From Octopus sinensis (Eukaryota), in assembly GCF_006345805.1 (NCBI RefSeq), contig NW_021828444.1, forward strand, positions 1 to 8,413: DNA of 8,413 nt, in the 5' to 3' direction. The notes below the pieces were generated by a model, which worked only from the letters and a program-made list of their open reading frames with translations, made no database searches and had not been told where the DNA came from. Each line of letters begins with the position of its first letter. Position 1 is the stretch's first letter. A program made the position numbers and the translations under genes. Below are positions 1-6,136 of this stretch, in pieces.

Positions 1-156
1 AGACTGGGGTATCATTGCCGAGACGGATGTCTCAGGGGTGTACCCGAACTGGTCAGCCAAGCGGCATCCCGTTTTCCCGATGTATAGAGAAGGGCAGAGA
101 GAGCAGGAGATGCAGTAGATGACATTTGTAGAAATGCAGGTGCAAGAGTCAGTGAT
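1..156 (-). pseudogene. Decayed GIY-YIG endonuclease fragment of a Penelope-like retroelement (Neptune-like); runs off the left edge
   Basis: The minus strand (not in the ORF track) reads ITDSCTCISTNVIYCISCSLCPSLYIGKTGCRLADQF. After a 1-nt frameshift it reads HP*DIRLGNDTPV. This fits the PLE pattern NVIY-x-I-x-CxxC-x3-YIGET-x-R-x-L-x2-RF-x-EH. The TGA is where an Arg (CGA) is expected. The 5' end is truncated at the TA microsatellite. Confidence 0.85.
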
Positions 157-161
157 TATGC

Positions 162-353
162 ATGTATGTATGTATCTATATATATGTATGTATATATAAT
201 ATAATATATATATATATATTAATATATATATATTATAGATATATAATATATATATATATATATATATCCATATATGTATGTATTACGTATATGTATACAT
301 ATATATATATGTATATATATATATATATGTGTGTATGTGTTTGTGTGTCTGTG
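162..353. repeat. (TA)n/(TATG)n/(TG)n compound microsatellite
   Basis: Directly visible; source of the Y/I-rich part of ORF 162..494. Confidence 0.95.
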
Positions 354-366
354 TTTTTCCCCAAAA

Positions 367-555
367 ACATTCGCTTGACGACTGATGATAGTTTTTTACG
401 TCCCCGTAATCTAGCGGTTCGGCAAAAGAGAACAGGTAGTATAAGTACTAGGCTTACAAAGAATAAATCCTGGAGGGTCGATTTGTTCGACTAAAGGCGG
501 TGCTCCAGTATGGCTGCAGTCAAACGACTGAAACAAGTAAGAGAATAAAATAAAT
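367..555 (+). mobile_element. 5'-truncated octopus-type SINE, family 1 (3' body and A-rich tail)
   Basis: The segment GGCTTACAAAGAATAAATCCTGG..GTCGATTTGTTCGACTAAAGGCGGTGCTCCAGTATGGCTGCAGTCAAACGACTGAAACAAGTAA recurs almost verbatim at 1429-1516. It ends in an A-rich tail and resembles a SINE tail I recall from Octopus. Confidence 0.85.
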
Positions 556-695
556 ATATCTAGCAAACCTCACAATTGGTCGTAACCGCAATTTGAACTC
601 GCACATCCGATATTTGCCTTTCTGCTTAAATTAAAATCAGCTACGATCAGCATATTGATTAAACCTGCTAAAACAGTCACTTTGTAACTGATTCT

Positions 696-975
696 AGAGG
701 AAGAGAGGGAGAGAGAGTGAGAGAGGGGAAAGAGGGAGAAAGAGAGAGAGAAAGAGAAGGAAAGAGAGAGAGAGAGAGAGAGACGGAGAGAGGGAGAAAG
801 AGAGAATGAAAGAGAGAGAGAATGAAAGAAACAGAGGGGGAGCCTATAAGAAACAAAAGATCGATAGAGTGATCGAAAAGAGCAAAACGGAAAGAGAGGG
901 AAAGAGAGAGAGATTGAGAGAAAGGGAGAGAGAGGATGGGGCTGAGAATGAGCTTCTGAGGAGAGGCTAACGGGT

Positions 976-1026
<51 letters not shown>

Positions 1027-1113
1027 GGAGGGAGACAATGGTAGAGAGAACTAAGGAGAAAAGAAAAGCAGTGATTGAAATACAAAGCCTTGAATGAGGA
1101 GCAGAAGGAGGGG
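696..1113. repeat. (GA)n-rich polypurine tract
   Basis: Directly visible; gives the SL-repeat ORFs 570..1133 and 677..1219. Confidence 0.95.
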
Positions 1114-1119
1114 ATAAAA

Positions 1120-1330
1120 ACACCCACACACACTCACACACCAACACGCACACATATATATACATATTCATAAACGCCGATGTGCGCATGTATGTATATG
1201 CGCATGTATGTATATGCATATAAATCTATTATATCTTTCTACCTATGCACACACACATGTACACACATACACACACATGTTCACACACACGCGCGTGCAC
1301 ACACACACACACACACGCTCAAACATACAT
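1120..1330. repeat. (CA)n/(TA)n compound microsatellite
   Basis: Directly visible. Confidence 0.9.
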
Positions 1331-1332
1331 GC

Positions 1333-1520
1333 AGGTGCAGGAGTGGGTGTGTGGTAAGTAGCTTGCTTATTAGCCACATGGTTCCGGGTTCAGTCCCATT
1401 GCATTACACCTCGGGCTAGCGGCACCTTGGCTTACAAAGAGTAAGTCCTGGCGTCGATTTGCTCGACTAAAGGCGGTGCTCCAGCATGGACGCAGTCAGA
1501 TGACTGAAACAAGTAAAACA
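1333..1520 (+). mobile_element. Internally deleted tRNA-derived SINE, family 1 (Pol III head fused directly to the tail)
   Basis: Box A-like TGGGTGTGTGGTA (1344-1356) and box B GGTTCAGTCCC (1387-1397). The tail from about 1429 matches 451-540. The stretch seen at 367-450 in the other copy is absent. Confidence 0.85.
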
Positions 1521-1525
1521 ATACG

Positions 1526-1688
1526 TTTGTGCGCATGTGTGTGTGTGTGTGTGTGTGTTTGCGTTTGTGTGTTTGACGTTTAGAGAGAGGCTCAGACAGA
1601 AGACATGGACGAGGCCAGAGTTAATAGTTGAATAGAAGTGAGAGAAAGAGTGAGAGTGAGAGAGAGTGAGAGAGAGAGAAAGAGAGAG
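1526..1688. repeat. (TG)n followed by (GA/GAGT)n microsatellites
   Basis: Directly visible. Confidence 0.9.
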
Positions 1689-1804
1689 TTTTATTAGTGG
1701 ACAATGGAATGGCGGTAGAGTTGCGTCAGTGGACACAATCAATCGCATACATTCCCCTACGTATACATTTGCATGCGCATCACGGGAGGGATAAAATGTA
1801 TAAT

Positions 1805-1975
1805 TGTGTGTATATATATATATATACATGTACAATACATACATACACAGTTATATATATATATATATAATACATACAGACGCACACATATATACACATA
1901 TACATACACAAATGCATACATGCATACACATACGCGCACATATGTATATATGTAGGTGTGAGTGTGTGTGTGTAT

Positions 1976-2020
<45 letters not shown>
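1805..2020. repeat. (TA)n/(CATA)n/(TG)n compound microsatellite
   Basis: Directly visible. Confidence 0.95.
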
Positions 2021-2023
<3 letters not shown>

Positions 2024-2198
2024 ATAAGAGTAAATAATTCTATAAAGGCTTTTAAAAAAACCCCAATTATTTACTGGTAGAATTCGGTATGTAAATATGC
2101 CGATTACCGGCAGGAACTTCTGTAAAGTTCAGTATATATATTGTATATAAGAAAAAGGGACAGGCAAACAGGTTGCTTGACCGCATACCGAAAAAATA
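2016..2198 (+). repeat. Direct repeat copy A1 (183 bp)
   Basis: Identical to 2650-2834 apart from two single-base indels (AATTC vs AATTTC; TATGCC vs TATAGCC). Confidence 0.95.
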
Positions 2199-2469
2199 GA
2201 AATAGCAGTCAAGAATGCTTATTTTCTATCAAGTTGGACTCCGGGCCGACAAACCCTGTAATTCACATATGCAAAACAGAAGGAATAGATAACGAAAACG
2301 AAGTCTGGTGGTTATCTGTGAAATCATGTTTCTGGATTATAACATATTGAATATATATTTCATATTTTTGATATATATTTCATATACATTGCGTATATAT
2401 TTCACATCCTTCTTCAGCACAGCTTTCCATTGAAAAAGATTTATCATAGATTTATCAAATGCTACGTAC

Positions 2470-2580
2470 CTCAAACCTTCTGACCATGCGACATCAAAAA
2501 TTTGAAGAAAGTGAGCAAAAGCTAAACCTACATAGACGTTTGAATTCGTAAATCTTCCCTCCAAAATTTTGCCATGCGCA
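2470..2580 (-). CDS. Candidate internal coding exon (111 nt, phase 2-2) of an unidentified minus-strand gene
   Basis: Acceptor TATTTTTGTAG| at 2581 and donor GAG|GTACGT at 2469. The length is divisible by 3 and only one frame is open: AHGKILEGRFTNSNVYVGLAFAHFLQIFDVAWSEGL(R/S). Non-repetitive composition; overlaps ORF 2337..2564. Confidence 0.5.
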
Positions 2581-2649
2581 CTACAAAAATAGTTCCATAA
2601 GATTGGGAACTATTGGGTTGTCATAATGGAGTGAAAAATCCAAATAGTA

Positions 2650-2834
2650 ATATAATAATAAGAGTAAATAATTTCTATAAAGGCTTTTAAAAAAACCCCA
2701 ATTATTTACTGGTAGAATTCGGTATGTAAATATAGCCGATTACCGGCAGGAACTTCTGTAAAGTTCAGTATATATATTGTATATAAGAAAAAGGGACAGG
2801 CAAACAGGTTGCTTGACCGCATACCGAAAAAATA
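2650..2834 (+). repeat. Direct repeat copy A2 (185 bp)
   Basis: Matches 2016-2198; ends abruptly in an (ATGT)n microsatellite. Confidence 0.95.
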
Positions 2835-2937
2835 ATGTATGTATGTATGTATGCATATGTATATTTCTATGTGTGTATGTGTTTACGTATATATATATCA
2901 GTAGTGTTTTAGCGTGTAGATGTTCGTGTGTGTGTGG
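2835..2937. repeat. (ATGT)n/(TA)n/(TG)n microsatellite
   Basis: Directly visible. Confidence 0.85.
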
Positions 2938-2940
2938 TTT

Positions 2941-3116
2941 CGGAGAGGGCGATGCACGCAGGCGCAGGCGCAGGCGCGCGTGCAGCTAAATGCAATTCTT
3001 AATGGTTGCGTAATTAATCGGTTGGTAAAACCTACAAATTGCCTCTCCGCGGCCCTGGCCACGGAGAGGCATTAATAAGCATTTCGGTAATTCCATTTGC
3101 TTTGCAGTCGCCCTCG
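2941..3116. other. GC/CpG-rich self-complementary island between microsatellites (structured element or cis-regulatory element)
   Basis: Perfect 10-bp inverted repeat TGCCTCTCCG (3040-3049)/CGGAGAGGCA (3062-3071). Also TGCACGC/GCGTGCA (2953-2959/2978-2984), closing GAGGGCGA/TCGCCCTC (2945-2952/3108-3115) and tandem GCGCAG units. Confidence 0.5.
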
Positions 3117-3674
3117 TTGTTGTTGCTGATGATGAAAACGACAATGGCCACGACGACGACGATGACGATGATGATGATGATGACGACGACTTCGATGATG
3201 ACGCTGGTGATGATGATGATGATGATTGTCGTGATAGAAGAAGATGATGATGATGATAATGATGACGACGACGATGATGACGATGGTGATGATGATGATG
3301 ACGACGATGAAGACAATGATGACGATGATACTGATGATGATGATGAGGAGGAGGAGGAGGAGAAGGAGATAGATGGTGATTAGGATGATGATGATTAGCA
3401 TGATCATTATGATGATAATGACGGTGATGATGATGATAACGACATGGTGATGATGATGATGAGGAGGATGAGGAGGATGAGGATGATGACAACGACGACC
3501 ACGATGATGTTGATGATGATGATGATGATGATTGTGATAATAGTAGTATTAGTAGTAGTAGTAGTAGTAGTAGTAGAAGAAGAAGAAGAAGAAGAAGAAA
3601 ATCGAAGAAGAAGAAGAAGAAGAAGAAGAAGAAGAAGAAGAAGAAGAAGAAGAAGAAGAAGAAGAAGAAGAAGA
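3116..3674. repeat. Compound trinucleotide tract (GTT)(GAT/GAC)(GAG)(GAT)(TAG)(GAA)
   Basis: Directly visible; includes 8 + 23 perfect GAA units (3576-3599, 3604-3672). Source of six low-complexity ORFs. Confidence 0.95.
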
Positions 3675-4039
3675 GTTGTAATAATGCTATTGGAAGCGGC
3701 TGACCAGGTCGTCAACTATATGTAAGCAATCTCTGACAATTAACTTTATAGGTCAGGCTAATTAAAACAGTTCCCTACTGATTAATTAAATAGACACTGT
3801 TAATTAGTTGCCTTAAGAAGCGAATGTTCTTTCAAATGTTAATTGAATGAATAACTAACTGTGAGTGAAAGAATGAATGCTTAATTGCGAATGATCGGAC
3901 GAGGAATGAATTAGTTACTGATTGCACTAAGGAAGAATACGTGAATAAGCGAATGCGAAATGAATATATGGGGCTGAATGAGGCGAGGAGGAATGAGGGA
4001 ATGAGAGAATGATGAATGAATACATGATTGAGTGAATGG

Positions 4040-4580
4040 CAGCTGTGTGAATTTAGTGGATTTGTAAATATGCCAAGGAATAAAGGAATTAATGATTCCG
4101 TGAGATGTGAAGAAATTAGATGAACGATAACAAGCGAGAGATATCATTGGTGACAGATTGAATGAGGGAAAGGAAGGAAAAGGAAACGAGTGATTAAACG
4201 ATGAAATAATAGAATACAAGAATATGTGTGTGAAAGAATATATAATTAGAGAATGAAAGATGTATAAGAAAGAATCAGCTTGGAGTTGTGGAATGAAAGA
4301 ATTAACGTATCAGCTGTTAGTAAATATGCTAAGGAATAACGGAATTAATGTTCCCATGAGATGTGAAGGAATTGGATTATGAATGAAAATAGAAGAAAGA
4401 CCTTCTTTCTGATAGCTGGAATGAAAGAAAGGAACGAAAATAAAACGAATGATTATACGATGGAATGATTGAATACATGAAGAACTGCATGAGAGAAGAA
4501 ATAATTAGAGAATGAAAGAGGTATAAGGGCGAATAAGCGTGGAAGTGCTCGGGAGAACGACGGATTAAAAGAATTAATTT
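4040..4580 (+). repeat. Diverged two-copy tandem duplication, period about 256-260 bp, purine-rich
   Basis: GTAAATATGC..AAGGAATAA..GGAATTAATG.. at 4064 and 4320 (51/58 identical by hand count). ATAATTAGAGAATGAAAGA at 4242 and 4501. Confidence 0.8.
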
Positions 4581-4590
4581 CTTTCACTTC

Positions 4591-4829
4591 ATACCTATTT
4601 CTTTACCACCCACAAGGGGCTAAACACAAGAGAGGACAAACAAGGACAGACAAACGGATTAAGTCGATTATATCGACCCCAGTGCGTAACTGGTACTTAT
4701 TTGATCGACCCCAAAAGGATGAAAAGCAAAGTCGACCTCGGCGGAATTTGAACTCAAAACGTAGCGGCAGACGAAATACCGCTAAGCATTTCACCCGGCG
4801 TGCTAACGATTCTGCCAGCTCACCCACCT
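4591..4829 (-). mobile_element. Apparently full-length tRNA-derived SINE, family 2
   Basis: The minus strand begins GGTGAGCTGGCAGAATCGTTAGC (box A) and has box B GAGTTCAAATTCC (4755-4743). The central GTCGACTTTGCTTTTCATCCTTTTGGGGTCGATCAAATAAGTACCAG resembles a conserved metazoan SINE central domain. The 3' end is GGTAAAGAAATAGGTAT. Confidence 0.85.
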
Positions 4830-5044
4830 TTGCAAGTCTTCAGCTATATTAGAATACTTGAATATCTAAAACAATATCATTAAGCAAACTGGTGAAAAGT
4901 TTAAAGGTAAATATGGAATGTTCATTGGCTCCGAGGAAGCTGTAGGATGTTGCACAAGTAATAGACTCTGAATGCATAACTTTTATAGTGGAAACAGCTG
5001 TAAGCTAATGAAATCACTTACCTAATTTCTCTTTCTTTGCTTTT

Positions 5045-5045
<1 letters not shown>

Positions 5046-5094
<49 letters not shown>
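5046..5094. repeat. (CA)n(TA)n microsatellite
   Basis: Directly visible. Confidence 0.95.
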
Positions 5095-5095
5095 C

Positions 5096-5150
5096 GCGTG
5101 GCTGTGAGGTAAGAAGTTTGTTTACGAACTACATGCATTCAAATTCAAAA
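5096..5150 (+). mobile_element. Degraded SINE family 1 head
   Basis: GCGTGGCTGTGAGGTAAGAAGTTTGTTTACGAACTACATG aligns to GAGTGGGTGTGTGGTAAGTAGCTTGCTTATTAGCCACATG (1341-1380); box B is decayed. Confidence 0.55.
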
Positions 5151-5219
5151 TGGCTGAAGACTAGCATCACGCTTGACACTCGGAGTACCAATGAATTTGA
5201 ACGGAATTGTTTTGATCCA

Positions 5220-5316
5220 TATGTGTATGTGTGTTTGTGTGTGTGCATGTGTGTGTGTGTGTATTATTTGAACAACAACAACAAAAACAACAACAATAAT
5301 ACTAATAATGGTAATA

Positions 5317-5367
<51 letters not shown>

Positions 5368-5390
5368 TAATAATAATAATAATAATAATA
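5220..5390. repeat. (TG)n, (AAC)n and (AAT)n microsatellites
   Basis: Directly visible. Confidence 0.95.
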
Positions 5391-5562
5391 TCGAAAAATA
5401 CCTTAGGAATGAGAACCCAGGTTCGAAATTTCCCCAAGACACTTGAAGAAGGCTGGAGTATATATTAGCCGAACGTTGTGTTAACAACAAACAAGATGAG
5501 GACAAATATCCGTCGAATGTAAATAATGTAAATAATTATTCATCTCTTAAATATAGAACTGT
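5391..5562 (+). mobile_element. Penelope-like terminal/UTR remnant adjoining (AAT)n
   Basis: Contains a minimal hammerhead motif of the kind known from PLE termini and a GTAAATAAT tandem. It abuts a microsatellite. Boundaries are approximate. Confidence 0.55.
5438..5482 (+). ncRNA. Degenerate minimal type I hammerhead ribozyme motif
   Basis: Stem I GACAC (5438-5442)/GUGUU (5478-5482); core UUGAAGA-A (5443-5450; canonical CUGANGA); stem II GGCUG/UAGCC (5451-5455/5466-5470); GAA-CGUU (5471-5477; canonical GAAACGUH with the palindromic ACGU). Two core lesions. Confidence 0.65.
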
Positions 5563-5716
5563 AGAGTCAGCAGAATTTCGCCATTACCTTCTGCCGGAGA
5601 TGCGTGGATCTTAGGTGTTTTGCTCATAAATACACACATCGCCCGGTCTGAGATTCGAACCCGTGATCCCTCGACCGCTAGTTCATTGCTCTAACAACTA
5701 GGGCATGTGCCACTAC
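5563..5716 (-). mobile_element. 3'-truncated tRNA-derived SINE, family 3
   Basis: The minus strand reads GGCACATGCCCTAGTTGTTAGAGC (box A-like), then GGGTTCGAATCTC (box B, 5662-5650), then a non-tRNA body (ATGAGCAAAACACCTAAG...CTGCTGACTCT). Confidence 0.8.
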
Positions 5717-6136
5717 TTTGAATTTTTGTGGTAAAGAAATATTATAGGTGATGCGTCAGACCCACATGTGATCTAATGCAGTTTTAGAAATAAATAAATA
5801 AATAAATATAAAAGCAGTAAGCTCACTTAAAGTGAAAACTCCACCAGAGGAACGATATTAATATAAACTCGTCACAGGTTCATGGCATAATGTTAAATGT
5901 TCGCCAGTTGAGTCATCAGATCACACTGAAAAGATTTAACTGAAAGCGAATATTTCTTGATATATTCTAGATAGAATAATTACACGTTATATTCCCTTAT
6001 AACATGTAATTTTACGCCTGTTCTTTGACATGTAAAAGGTTGACGTGACCTTTAAATAATTTGCTAACTTGTTTAATGGTTGATATCTTTAGTACTGTGG
6101 CAAAGCAGTTTGGTATCGCTCATGTTTTCCCTTGTA

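Noticed and set aside
162-2037. ORFs 162..494, 570..1133, 677..1219, 1180..1419, 1467..1844, 1757..1981, 1773..1955 and 1804..2037
   Set aside because: Translations of dinucleotide repeats (YI, SL, HT, CV runs) and SINE sequence; no protein signal.
2141-2350. ORFs 2141..2350 and 2777..2989
   Set aside because: Non-ATG starts inside the repeat; no recognisable domain; the second runs into microsatellite.
2473-2510. LQIFDVAWSE resembling the small-GTPase LQIWDTAGQE motif
   Set aside because: The essential Gly of DxxG is absent, spacing to a switch I-like motif is wrong and no P-loop is present.
2016-2834. TRIM or mini-LTR retrotransposon interpretation of the direct repeats
   Set aside because: No TG...CA termini, no primer-binding site or polypurine tract and no discernible target-site duplication.
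2986-3725. Poly-D/E, poly-H, poly-S, poly-R and poly-L ORFs, and the plus-strand acceptor TTTGCTTTGCAG| at 3107
   Set aside because: Several frames on both strands are open only because of the trinucleotide tract. No matching donor was found, and the strand is opposite to the better exon candidates.
3911-4219. 102-aa S/F/H-rich minus-strand ORF
   Set aside because: Reflects the pyrimidine bias of the GAAT-rich tract; its duplicate unit has no equivalent ORF in the track.
4603-4827. 74-aa minus-strand ORF MGELAESLARR...
   Set aside because: It is the SINE head and body read as codons.
5022-5039. Possible 18-nt minus-strand exon ending in TAG|GTAAGT
   Set aside because: The donor is perfect and phase 2 is open (KEREI), but the acceptor is AAAAG with no pyrimidine tract; too weak without reads.
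1333-5716. tRNA-like segments at 1333-1400, 4740-4829 and 5645-5716
   Set aside because: Only box A/B remain and they run into SINE bodies; no complete cloverleaf was evident, so they are not called as tRNA genes.
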